A stretch of 64,000 nucleotides of DNA from Felis catus (Eukaryota), in NCBI RefSeq assembly GCF_018350175.1, contig NC_058383.1, forward strand, positions 24,554,001 through 24,618,000, written 5' to 3'. Numbering within the stretch: the first letter of the stretch is position 1; each line of letters begins with the position of its first letter. Below, one piece after another: positions 24,366 through 35,927 of this stretch. Made by a program: the position numbers and the translations under genes. Below the pieces are notes generated by a model. It was not told where the DNA came from. It searched no databases and saw nothing but the letters and a program-made list of their open reading frames with translations.

Positions 24366-24777
24366 GTATGTGATATTGGCTTTCCAGTAAGTTCTAAAGG
24401 TCCTGAAAGAGTGCCTTTTGTGTGGTGGATTCAAGTTAGGTTGCCCATTGGAAGAAAAAAAGAAACAAGAAATGGACTTTGGCTCCCTTGTTGATGTGAC
24501 AGCAACTTAGCCCTGGCTTTGGTTCTGACCAGGAAATGGTCCAAATTCCCAAGAAAGAGCCTCCTCTCTCTTTATATATACGTGGACTTCTGCTAAAGAA
24601 ATCGGCCACTCATCTTCTCTTTATCCCAACCCTGTGTACACACACACACACACACGCACACACACACACAGCTTAAGGTAAGACTTTAAAACATGAAATT
24701 ATTCCAAGATTAAAGAGGAAATTTTTAATATGATTTAGAATTAACATTGTCAACAGCATAACATTTATTGACTTTAA

Positions 24778-24995
24778 ATGTTTTTAAATGTTTATTTTAT
24801 TTTTGAGAGAGAGAGAGAGACGCAGAGTGTGAGCAGGGAAGGGGCAGAGAGGGAGGGAGACACAGTATCTGAAGAAGACTCCAGGCTCTGAGCTGTCAGC
24901 ACAGAGGCCAATGCGGGGCTCGAACCCATGAACTGTGAGATCGTGACCTGAGCCGAAGTCAGGCACTTAACTGACTGAGCCACCCAGGCTCCCCC
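24778..24995 (-). mobile_element. CAN-SINE
   Basis: TSD tttattgactttaa at 24764-24777 and 24997-25010. Confidence 0.9.
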
Positions 24996-25441
24996 GTTTA
25001 TTGACTTTAATGGATATGGGAAAAAATTGTTAGGTTATAGAAGTGAAAAAAGCAAGTTTCTTCTCAGTGACCCTGAGTTCCATTCTCCAGGGGTTAATAT
25101 TGTTGATAGTTTGATGTTTCTTCCAAAATGTATGTTTGTGCACGTGTGTGTGCTCATATATTCACATATACACATAAAAGTATATACCCATACAATTTCT
25201 TGTATAGTAGATTGTATACACATGTGTGTATGCTTACTCTTTTTCCTCCAAACTTGGAAAGAGAACTCTTCCTTAGCTCATCCTGGTAACTGTTAAAAGG
25301 ACTTCAGATGATGGGGCTTCTCCATCAAGTCCATGAATAGGTCTGGTTCCTGAAGGGACAGGATACAGGGATGTTGGGAATGTCTGATGAGCAGGAGCTG
25401 GTCCTCTCTGGCGGTCTGCAGACATGTCTCTGCCCTCCCAG

Positions 25442-25661
25442 TCTCGCCCAGAAAATTGTCGCAACCTACCGTCTGTGCTCGGAGCAGCTGTCCTCACAGC
25501 ATCACTATGACTATGGCATGCGTGCAGTCAAGTCTGTGCTCACTGCTGCTGGCAACCTGAAGCTCAAGTATCCCGAGGAGGATGAGAGTGTCCTGTTGCT
25601 CCGGGCCTTGCTTGATGTCAACCTGGCCAAGTTCTTGGCTCAAGATGTCCCTCTGTTTCAG
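25442..25661 (+). CDS. DNAH3: Dynein heavy chain window exon 14 ([33 protein letters not shown]...DVPLFQ)
   Basis: ctcccag acceptor, CAG|gtatgc donor, 220 nt; [16 protein letters not shown] motif. Confidence 0.95.
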
Positions 25662-25825
25662 GTATGCAGTGCTTTGGGACCTTGGCCAAGTGCTGGGACT
25701 CAGTTTCTGAAGATGAACTATTTCTCTGGCACCCTCTCCATCTCCAGCCAGCACTCCCACCACCAGATACCCTCCCCCAAAAGTTAGATAATGTGATAGC
25801 ACTATCCCTGTCTAGTTCCTGGTTT

Positions 25826-26025
25826 AAAATTTTTTAAATGTTTTTATTATTTATTTTTGTGAAGGGGTGGGAGGGTTAGAGAGTGAGGAAGACACAGAAT
25901 CCCAAGCAGGCTCCAGGCTCAGAGCTGGCAGCCCAGAGCCCGACATGGGGCTCAAACTCATGAACCGTGAGATCATGACCTTAGCCCAAGTTGGATGCCC
26001 AACTGTCTGAGCCACCCAGGCTCCC
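25826..26025 (-). mobile_element. CAN-SINE
   Basis: TSD ctagttcctggttt / ctagttcctgattt. Confidence 0.9.
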
Positions 26026-26454
26026 CTAGTTCCTGATTTTAATAAAAATGATTTCACTGATAGAATAATATCTGCCATTGGTTTGGGGTAGGTTTTTTTT
26101 TTTTTAACCAAATGTAGTTTTCCTTTGTAATTATTCTAATTCCTCTCTTCCTTATCAGGCTGTGAGCTCCATAGAGACAGAAATTATGACTATATAATTC
26201 ATTCCTAGTACAATAACTGGAAGATAATACAGACTTATTAAATATTTGAGGGCTTTTTAAATTATTTGGGAGGGAAATCATATTTTACAGATTGTGTTGG
26301 AATTTGCAATTGTGGATGAGTTTTGGCATAGAAAAATGAGGTTTGGAATTTTACAAAGACTTCTGCTGTCTGTGAATCTCATTTTCAGAAAATGTCGAGG
26401 TCACACCCCCTGACAATTCACCCTTTCCATCTTCTCTCGAATTCTTGTTAACAG

Positions 26455-26589
26455 GGAATTATATCAGATTTGTTTCCTGGAGTTGTTCTTCCAAAGCCAG
26501 ACTATGAAGTGTTTATGGAAGTGCTGAATGAGAACATCAAAAAGATGAAACTCCAGCCGGTACCTTGGTTTATTGGGAAAATTATCCAG
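26455..26589 (+). CDS. DNAH3: Dynein heavy chain window exon 15 (GIISDLFPGVVLPKPDYE...WFIGKIIQ)
   Basis: taacag acceptor, CAG|gttggt donor, 135 nt. Confidence 0.93.
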
Positions 26590-27346
26590 GTTGGTTCCCT
26601 GTATCTATATGAGAATGCACGTGTTTTTCTATTCGCTGAAGTCAGGAATTAGAATTGTGGTTGATTGGAGCAGAGTGATGGCAACCACAGGAGCCAAAAT
26701 AGAAATGGAAGTGCCTTCAGGTCTCATTTCCAGGAATTGAAGTTAAAATCCAATGTTTTTCCTCTGACCATCTTCTTCGGGGTTCCTTTTTTTAAATTTG
26801 GGGATGAAACAAAACCTTTGGGGGCACTGGGCTTGAACTAGTCAGGACTTTATCAGTTTCCAGTGACAGAAACCCAACTCAAACTGCCTTAGTCAACAAA
26901 AGGGAGTCTGTTCACTTACCTAACTTGAAAAACCCAGATGTGTGTTGGCCTTAGGAACAGCAGGATCCAGGAAACTTTCTCTTCATTTCTGGGCTCTGTC
27001 TCTGAGTTAAAACTTCATTCTTAGTTGGGTTTCCAGCAGCCTCAGACTTAGATTGTCCCAGGTTCAAGCCCAGAAGGAAAAAGAGCATCGCTCTCCAAAT
27101 GGCTTCAGTAAAGGTCTCAGGATTAACTTTGAATTGTGCTGGTAAAGTCACAAAACCACTGGAATCACTTACAAGGAAGATCATTTATATTTTGCAGCAT
27201 GGGCCTGGCTTGGAAAATACCTTTTATCTGTTGAGAGTTCTAATCAAGTCAGAACTGCATTTAGGCCTCAAAAAAGGAAGTTTCCGATTGAAGTGCAGGG
27301 TGCTAAGATGACTGCTGTTTCCCTTTCCCCTTTAAAAGCAAATAGA

Positions 27347-27892
27347 GGGGTGCCTGGGTAGCTCAGTTTGTTGAGGGTCAGATTCTTGATTTCATCCCAG
27401 GCCATGATCTCATGGTTTGATTCATGAGATCAAGCCCCAAGTAAGGTTCTGCACTGACAGCGAAGAATCTGCTTGGAATTCTCTTTCCCTCTCCCTCTCC
27501 CTCTCCCTCTCCCTCTCCCTCTCCCTCTCCCTCTCCCTCTCCCTCTCCCTCTCCCTCCCTCTCTCTCTCTCTGTGTCTCTCTGCCCCTCCCCAGCTCACA
27601 CACAAACACACTCTTTCTCTCTCTCTTTTTTTTTAAGTTTTTAAAAGTGTTTATTCTTGAAAGAGAGAGAGAGAGCATGAGTAGGGGAGGGGCAGGGAGA
27701 GAGAGAGGGACACAGAATCTGAAACAGGCTCCAGGCTCAGAGCTGTCCACACAGAGCCCAACACGGGGCTCAAACTCACGAGCTTGAGATCATGACCTGA
27801 GCCGAAGTTGGATGCTTAACTGACTGAGTCACCCAGGTGCCCCTCCCTTTCTCTTAAAATAAATAAATAAACATTAAAAAAATGAAAAATAG
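27347..27892 (+). mobile_element. CAN-SINE with (CCCTCT)n expansion, interrupted by an antisense SINE
   Basis: Outer TSD aagcaaataga at 27336-27346 and 27893-27903; tail resumes at 27844. Confidence 0.88.
27626..27843 (-). mobile_element. CAN-SINE nested in the CT tract of the preceding SINE
   Basis: Poly-T, antisense body ending cacccaggtgcccc. Confidence 0.9.
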
Positions 27893-28329
27893 AAGCAAAT
27901 AGAAATGGCCTAATGAAAAAAATTGAGGCATTAAACTTAGACAGTCACGTGTGCAAATCATGGCTTCACCACTGATGAGTGTGGGCAAGTTACGTAACTT
28001 CTCTGGGGCTCAGCATTCCTACCACTGGAAGGTAGTTCATGATACCTGAGTGCATTAAATGAAATAATTTATGTAAGTCACTCGATGCTTAACCCATGGG
28101 TAGGTGCAGAGCAAATAGAAGGTCCCATTCCTTAAATATATGAGACATACACATGTATTTATTTGCCCCAAAGGTATTTAAACTACAAATCATAAAAAGG
28201 ACCACAGTTCACCAGGGGTTGAAGGGACTATGGAAATCCCCTTTTAGTCCCTCGTTCCTCACTGACATCTGACTGACTTGTAGCTCTGGAAGGTTTGCAG
28301 TGATTAACTGTTTATATGTCTCCTCCCAG

Positions 28330-28441
28330 ATCTACGAGATGATGCTGGTGAGACATGGCTATATGATTGTTGGAGACCCCATGGGTGGCAAGACCTGTGC
28401 TTATAAAGTGTTGGCTGCAGCTCTGGGTGATTTATACACAG
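28330..28441 (+). CDS. DNAH3: Dynein heavy chain window exon 16, AAA2 P-loop ([37 protein letters not shown])
   Basis: ctcccag acceptor, G|gtaaag donor, 112 nt; GDPMGGKT at 28372-28395. Confidence 0.94.
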
Positions 28442-29225
28442 GTAAAGCTCACATCCCTGGCTTCCTGGGAGCACAGAACTCCCCAGTCAGTTGGCTGGCT
28501 CCATGGAGATAATGCCAGGCTATTAGTTTTGCCATCCCTGGATTGTGACATCAGAGCCAGAAATAGCACATGGCACACAGATGTCTGCAGGCAGAAAATA
28601 AAGGGGGGTGGGGTGGGAGCTTCTAACAGGAATTTTATATGCCTGTCATTAAGTACAGGAATTTTCTCAGATTTCTCAAATGCTGAATAGGGGCTTCTCC
28701 AAAGGTTTCCCAATGAGAGAGAGAAACTCCTATCAGTGTCCTGAACAAATTATTTTAAAAGCTGATTATTGCATGCTTTCTTTTCTTCTCCTTTTTTCCT
28801 TTTTCCCTTTTATCCCTTTTCCCCTTCTCTTTCCTTTGCTTCCCTTTCCCTTTTTTTTCCCTTTTTTTTCTCCTCCCTACCTTCTTTCCCTCCTTCTTTC
28901 CTTTCCCTCTTCCCCTTCCTTACTTCTATTTAATGTAGAACATAAGACCTCAGACTTTTGAGTCAGACCCAGACCTTGGACCAGTGATTAAACCTCTCTC
29001 AGCCTCTACTTTTTCAGCTGTGAAATGGGATTGTTGCGCAAATTAAGTGAGATTATGCAGGAAAGTAATCCAGCACAGTTTCTGATCAACAAATGGAAGC
29101 TGTGTTTATTGCCAGAGAAAGAGTTTTGGGTTTTTTTTTCTTTTATAAAACGTAAGCCTATGGTTTTGAAAAACAATGCCTTGTATTTATACAATCCCTT
29201 CCAGTACTTCAACATATTTTTTTCT

Positions 29226-29419
29226 TTTTGTAACATTTTTATGTTTATTTTTGAGAGAGAGAGAGAGACAGAGAATGAGAGAATGAACTGGGGAGAGGGA
29301 GAGAGGGAATCCCAAGCAGGCTCCACGCTGTCAGCACAGAGCCTGACATGGGGCTCAATCCCACAAACCATGAGATCATGACCCGAGCTGAAATCAAGAG
29401 TTGGCTGCTTAACTGACTG
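29226..29419 (-). mobile_element. 5'-truncated CAN-SINE
   Basis: TSD acatatttttttct at 29212-29225 and 29420-29433; head stops at ttaactgactg. Confidence 0.88.
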
Positions 29420-29498
29420 ACATATTTTTTTCTAATAATTTTTGATGATTGAGTTGCTGTTGGATTTTTGAGGCTTTTGTTTTGGGGACTAACTTGGC

Positions 29499-29546
29499 CC
29501 TAGTAACTAATTAGGGCCTAGTAACTAATTAGGGCCTAGTAACTAA
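29499..29546. repeat. 18-nt tandem repeat cctagtaactaattaggg x2.7
   Basis: Directly visible, perfect copies. Confidence 0.9.
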
Positions 29547-30311
29547 GCATTTCAAACTTACTATTTTCAACATTTGAATACAGTTTAGGAAACTAAATGA
29601 GAAAAGAGGCTATCCCATCGTTTTTGCCTTGGGATTCTGCAGAAATGGTTCTTTATTTAGCTCATGGTTCAAGCATTCCAACTTTTCCTTACTTTGAAGG
29701 ATCATATAAAAGTGTGATTATTTTCTGTTATTGAATGCATCTGATGTGCCATCTATCAGCCTGTGTATTCCGGTTGGGTCCTTGTACTCTCCTGGTGTGA
29801 ATTTCTCAGCGGATACTTGCTGAGCAGCTAAAGAAGAGGTGTCAGGGCTAAACTAGTCCTTCAGATAGAGAAAAGAAAAGTAGTCAATATTTTCCAGAAT
29901 CATTTACATGTCTGCTATTCCTTCATTTCAAGTCAAAGCCAAGGTTCTTAGGGTAGCTGTGAGAGTCAGGTACATAAAGACACTTGATAACATGGACCTC
30001 TCTCCCTTACTGCTTGAGTTCATTTAGACCCAGACAGATTTCTTTAGATCTGACCAGAACATTTGCCCTGTTTGAAATGAGACTCAGAAGAAAATTTGGT
30101 GAGAAACTAGTGGGCATAATAACCTAATAATTTAAGTCATTGCCCGTCCAGATATCCTAACCTTTATAAGAACTGAGTACAAATTTTATAAGGACTCTGC
30201 ATGGATGACATAATCATAAAGGTTGGTTGGTCTTTGAGGTGGCATTGTCTCTTGTCTAATGTTCTGGTCTCTCCAGAGCCTTTGTAACTCATGTTGAACC
30301 TTCTTGCTCAG

Positions 30312-30553
30312 CCAAAGAGATGGAAGAATTTGCTGTAGAGTATTTGATCATCAACCCCAAGGCCATCACCATGGGGCAGCTCTATGGGTGCTTTGACCAA
30401 GTGAGCCATGAATGGACAGATGGTGTCCTAGCCAATGTTTTCCGGGAGCAAGCATCTTCAATGTCTGATGAACGCAAATGGATTATATTTGATGGGCCAG
30501 TAGATGCTGTTTGGATCGAAAATATGAACACAGTTCTGGATGACAATAAAAAG
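30312..30553 (+). CDS. DNAH3: Dynein heavy chain window exon 17 (KEMEEF...[13 protein letters not shown]...[25 protein letters not shown])
   Basis: gctcag acceptor, AAG|gtacct donor, 242 nt; AAA2 FDGPVD and [13 protein letters not shown] motifs. Confidence 0.94.
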
Positions 30554-30944
30554 GTACCTACTGAGTCTCATATCTCTTTTATATAGGTAGGTTATAAATT
30601 CTCTTTTTCAAGTGAGTAATTGACCCAAACTATGTAATACATACATTTGTTACATGAAGAATAAATGCCCCACAAGAAATTTAAGTTTATGAATTATGCT
30701 TTTATTTGTACTTGTGGGTAAGCTCTGTCTGTTTAGGGATAATGTTGCATCATGGTTAAAAGCATTGGTGTTGGCATCATATTGGACCACTAGCTCTACA
30801 ACTGAGCTTTTGTACTGGGCAAGTCACATAACTTCTCTAAATCTCAATTTCCACATTTGTAAAAAAGTAGTAATAAAATAGGGATATTGACAATTAAATA
30901 AGCATGCACAAAGTCACTGATATATGGAATGTATTTGGTTATCC

Positions 30945-31485
30945 ATTACGGTATATTTAAAAACTTAAAATAGCCATTTACTTTGCTCATGATATTGTGG
31001 ATTAGAAATTTTGGAAGGGGTCAGCTGGGCTCAGGTAATCATTGTGATGTCAGCTAGGGCAGCCATGGATGGAGGATCCACAACCAAGGTGGCTTCCTCA
31101 CTCAGTGTCTGGGGCTCATTCCTCCTTGGCCTGTCTCTCTGTCTTTCTTTCTCTTCAGATGACATCTCATCCTCCAAGCATCTCCACATGTGTCAGGTGT
31201 CTCACTTAGTGGTCTTGGGTAGTGATAGTTCTTACATGGTGGTTAATTTTCCAAAAGGCAGGAAATGAAAGTTTCCAGGAAATTAAGAGCTGTGCTTGGA
31301 ACTGGCATAGCATCACTTTCTCTGAATTCTAGCAGTTGAAGAAGTCACTGGGCCTACTCAGATTCAAGGGAGTGGAGAAAGAGACTCCACTTCTTGATGG
31401 AGCAGGGCAAGGTCACATTGCAACAGCATTCATGTGATGGAAGCTACTGCTACAGCAGTCTTTGGAAAATATATTCTGCCACAGT
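30945..31485. mobile_element. MaLR (MLT1-like) solo LTR remnant
   Basis: tttgctcatgat...tcagctgggc...ggatggaggatccacaaccaaggtggcttcctcactca...gaactggcatagcatcactt...cagattcaaggg; boundaries approximate. Confidence 0.65.
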
Positions 31486-31790
31486 TAGCATATTGGCTAA
31501 AGACTTGGACTCTGGAGCCAGACAGGCTGTGTTCAAATCCTGCATAGCCGCTTACCAGTTGTATAAACTCAGGCAAGCTATTTAGTCTCTCTGTGTCTCA
31601 GCTGTATCATCTGTAAAGGGGGACTGTTAATTAGGAAGATTAGATAAGTTAATATTTTCAAAATGCTTCTGATAGCACCTAGCATATAATAAGTGCTATT
31701 TTACTATATGTTAAAATGAAATAAAAATTTTTTAAGATAGCTAAATGGATTTATTTCTTTTTTTGTATTTGAATCACTTTCAAATTATGA

Positions 31791-34700
31791 TTTTTTTAAT
31801 ATATGAAATTTATTGTCAAATTGGTTTCCATACAACACCTAGTGCTCATCCCAAAAGATGCCTTCTTCAATACCCATCACCAGCTCTCCCCTCCCTCCCA
31901 CCCCCCATCAATCCTCAGTTTGTTCTCAGTTTTTAAGAGTCTCTTATGCTTTGGCTCTCTCCCACTCTAACCTCTTTTTTTTTCTTTCCCCTCCCCCCAT
32001 GGCTTTCTGTTAAGTTTCTCAGGATCCACATAAGAGTGAAAACATATGGTATCTGTCTTTCTCTGTATGGCTTATTTCACTTAGCATCACACTCTCCAGT
32101 TCCATCCACGTTGCTACAAAGGGCCATTATTTCATTCTTTCTCATTGCCACGTAGTACTCCATTGTGTATATAAACCACAATTTCTTTATCCATTCATCA
32201 GTTGATGGACATTTAGGCTCTTGCCACAATTTGGCTATTGTTGGGAGTGCTGCTGTAAACATTGGGGTACAAGTGCCCCTATGCATCCGTACTCCTGTAT
32301 CCCTTGGGTAAATTCCTAGCAGTGCTACTGCTGGGTCATAGGATAGGTCTATTTTTAATTTTTTGAGGAACCTCTGCACTGTTTTCCAGAGTGGCTGCAC
32401 CGGTTTGCATTCCCACCAACAGTGCAAGAGGGTTCCCTTTTCTCCACATCTTCGCCAGCATTTATAGTTCATTTTGACCACTCTGACTGGCATGAGGTGA
32501 TATCTGAGTGTGGTTTTGATTTGTATTTCCCTGATGAGGAGCGATGTTGAGCATCTTTTCATGTGCCTGTTGGCCATCTGGATGTCTTCTTTACAGAAGT
32601 GTCTATTCATGTTTTCTGCCCATTTCTTCACTGGATTATTTGTTTTTTGGGTGTGGAGTTTGGTGATTTCTTTATAGATTTTGGATACTAGCGCTTTGTC
32701 TGATATGTCATTTGCAAATATCTTTTCCCATTCTTTTGGTTGCCTTTTAGTTTTGTTGGTTGTTTCCTTTGCTGTGCAGAAGCTTTTTATCTTCATAACG
32801 TCCCAGTAGTTCATTTTTGCTTTTAATTACCTTGCCTTTGGGGATGTGTCAAGTAAGAAATTGCTGCGGCTGAGGTCAGAGAGGTTTTTCCCTGCTTTCT
32901 CCTCTAGGGTTTTGATAGTTTCCTGTCTCACATTCAGGTCCCTTATCCATTTTGAGTTTGTTTTTGTGAATGGTGTAAGAAAGTGGTCTAGTTTCATTCT
33001 TCTGCATGTTGCTGTCCAGTTCTCCCAGCACCATTTGTTAAAGAGACTGTCTTTTTTTCCATTGGATATTCTTTCCTGCTTTGTCAAAGATGAGTTGGCC
33101 ATACTTTTGTGGGTCTAGTTCTGGGGTTCTATTTTATTCCATTGGTCTATGTGTCTGTTTTTGTGCCAATACCATGCTGTCTTGATGATGACAGCTTTGT
33201 AGTAGAGGCTAAAGTCTGGGATTGTGATGCCTCCCGCTTTGGTCTTCTTCAAAATTACTTTGGCTATTCGGGGCCTTTTGTGGTTCCATATGAATTTTAG
33301 GATTGCTTGTTCTAGCTTCGAGAAGAATGCTGGTGCAATTTTGATTGGGATTGCATTGAATGTGTAGATAGCTTTGGGTAGTATTGACATTTTAATAATA
33401 TTTATTCTTCCAACCCACGAGCACGGAATGTTTTTCCATTTCTTTATATCTTCTTCAATTTCCTTCATAAGCTTTCTATAGTTTTCAGCATACAGATCTT
33501 TTACATCTTTGGTTAAATTTATCCCTAGGTATTGTATGCTTCTTGGTGCAATTGTGAATGGGATCAATTTCTTTATTTGTCTTTCTGTTGCTTCATTATT
33601 AGTGTATAAGAATGCACCTGATTTCCGTATGTTGATTTTGTATCCTGCAACTTTGCTGATTTCCTGTATCAGTTCCAGCAGACTTTTGGTGGAGTCTATC
33701 GGGTTTTCCATGTATAATATCATGTCATCTGAAAAAAGTGAAAGCTTGACTTCATCTTTGCCAATTTTGATGCCTTTGATTTCCTTTTGTTGTCTGATTG
33801 CTGATGCTAGCACTTCCAATACTATGTTAAACAACAGTGGTGAGAGTGGACATCCCTGTCATGTTCCTGATCTCAGGGAGAAAACTCGCAGTTTTTCCTC
33901 ACTGAGGATGATATTAGCTGTGGGCTTTTCATAAATGGCTTTTATGATGTTTAAGTATGTTCCTTCTATCCTGACTTTCTCAAGGATTTTTATTAAGAAA
34001 GGATGCGAATTTTGTCAAATGCTTTTTCTGCATTGATTGACAGGATTATATGGTTCTTATCTTTTCTTTTATTAATGTGATGTATCATGTTGATTCATTT
34101 GCGAATGTTGAACCAGCCCTGCATCCCAGGAATGAATCCCACTTGATCATGGTGAATAATTCTTTTTATAAGCTGTTGAATTCGATTTGCTAGTATCTTG
34201 TTGAGAATTTTTGCGTCCATATTCATCACGGATATTGGCCTGTAGTTCTCTTTTTTTATTGGGTCTCTGTCTGGTTTAGGAATCAAAGTAATACTGGCTT
34301 CATAGAATGAGTCTGGAAGTTTTCCTTCCCTTTCTATTTTTTGGAATAGCTTGAGAAGGATAGGTATTATCTCTGCATTAAACGTCTGGTAGAACTCCCC
34401 TGGGAAGCCATCTGGTCCTGGACTCTTATTTGTTGGGAGATTTTTGATAACTGATTCAATTTCTTCCCTGGTTATGGGTCTGTTGAAGCTTTCTATTTCC
34501 TCCTGTTTGAGTTTTGGAAGTGTGTGGGTGTTTAGGAATTTGTCCATTTCTTCCAGGTTGTCCAGTTTGTTGGCATATAATTTTTCCTAGTATTCCCTGA
34601 TAATTGCTTGTATTTCTGAGGGATTGGTTGTAATAATTCCATTTTCATTCATGATTTTATCTATTTGGGTCATCTCCCTTTTCTTTTTGAGAAGCCTGGC

Positions 34701-35927
34701 TAGAGGTTTACCAACTGTGTTTATTTTTTCAAAAAACCAACTCTTGGTTTCATTGATCTGCTCTACAGTTTTTTTAGATTCAATATTGTTTATTTCTGCT
34801 CTGATCTTTATTATTTCTCTTCTTCTGCTGGGTTTGGGGTGTCTTTGCTGTTCTGCTTCTATTTCCTTTAGGTGTGCTGTTAGATTTTGTATTTGGGATT
34901 TTTCTTGTTTCTTGAGATAGGCCTGGATTGCAATGTATTTTCCTCTCAGGACTGCCTTTGCTGCATCCCAAAGCGTTTGGATTGTTTTATTTTCATTTTC
35001 GTTTATTTCCATATATTTTTAAATTTCTTCTCTAATTGCCTGGTTGACCATTGGTTCTTTAGTAGGGTGTTCTTTAACCTCCATGCTTTTGGAGGTTTTC
35101 CAGACTTTTTCCTGTGGTTGATTTCAAGCTTCATTGCATTGTGGTCTGAAAGTATGCATGGTATGATCTCAATCTTGTATACTTATGAAGGGCTCTTTTG
35201 TGACCCAGTATGTGATCTATCTTGGAGAATGTTCCATGTGCACTCGAGAAGAAAGTATATTCTGTTGCTTTGGGATGCAGAGTGCTAAATATATCTGTCA
35301 AGTCCATCTGATCCAATGTATCATTCAGGGCCCTTGTTTCTTTATTGACCAGTGTCTAGATGATCTATCCATTGTTGTAAGTGGGGTATTAAAGCCCCCT
35401 GCAATTACCACATTCTTGTCAATAAGGTTGCTTATGTTTGTGAGTACTTGTTTTACATATTTGGGGGCTCCTGTATTTGGCGCATAGACATTTATAATTG
35501 TTAGTTCTTCTTGATGGATAGACCCTGTAATTATTATATAATGCCCTTCTTCATTTCTTGTTACAGCCTTTAATTTAAAGTCTAGTTTGTCTGATACAAG
35601 TATGGATACTCCAGCTTTCTTTTGACTTCCAGTAGCATGATAGATAGTTCTGCATACCCTCACTTTCAATCTAAAGGTGTCCTCAGGTCTAAAATGAGTC
35701 TCTTGTAGACAGCAAATAGATGGGTCTTGTTTTTTTTATCCATTGTGATACCCTGTGTCTTCTGGCTGCAGCATTTAGTCCATTTACATTCAGTGTTATT
35801 ATAGAAGGATATGGGTTTAGAGTCATTGTGATGTCTGTAGGTTTCATGCTTGTAGCGATGTCTCTGGTACTTTGTCTCACAGGATCCCCCTTAGGATCTC
35901 TTGTAGGGCTGGTTTAGTGGTGATGAA
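31791..35927 (-). mobile_element. 5'-truncated felid/carnivore L1, antisense in intron: end of ORF1, full-span but frameshifted ORF2 (ATG at 35826) and 3' UTR
   Basis: ORF-track pieces give endonuclease (SIITLNVNGLN), [15 protein letters not shown] (LFSDDM, YLGINL) and C-terminal [18 protein letters not shown]; split over at least 8 ORFs, so inactive. Confidence 0.96.

Noticed and set aside
29511..29534. Interstitial telomeric sequence
   Set aside because: Only isolated TTAGGG hexamers inside an 18-nt unit, not tandem (TTAGGG)n.
30480..30510. AAA2 Walker B lacking the catalytic glutamate (IIFDGPVD) as a sign of pseudogenisation
   Set aside because: This is the normal state of dynein AAA2; all 22 exons are in frame with no stops.
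32077..35880. L1 ORFs as functional reverse transcriptase or endonuclease genes
   Set aside because: Fragmented by frameshifts and stops, with no 5' UTR promoter or complete ORF1.
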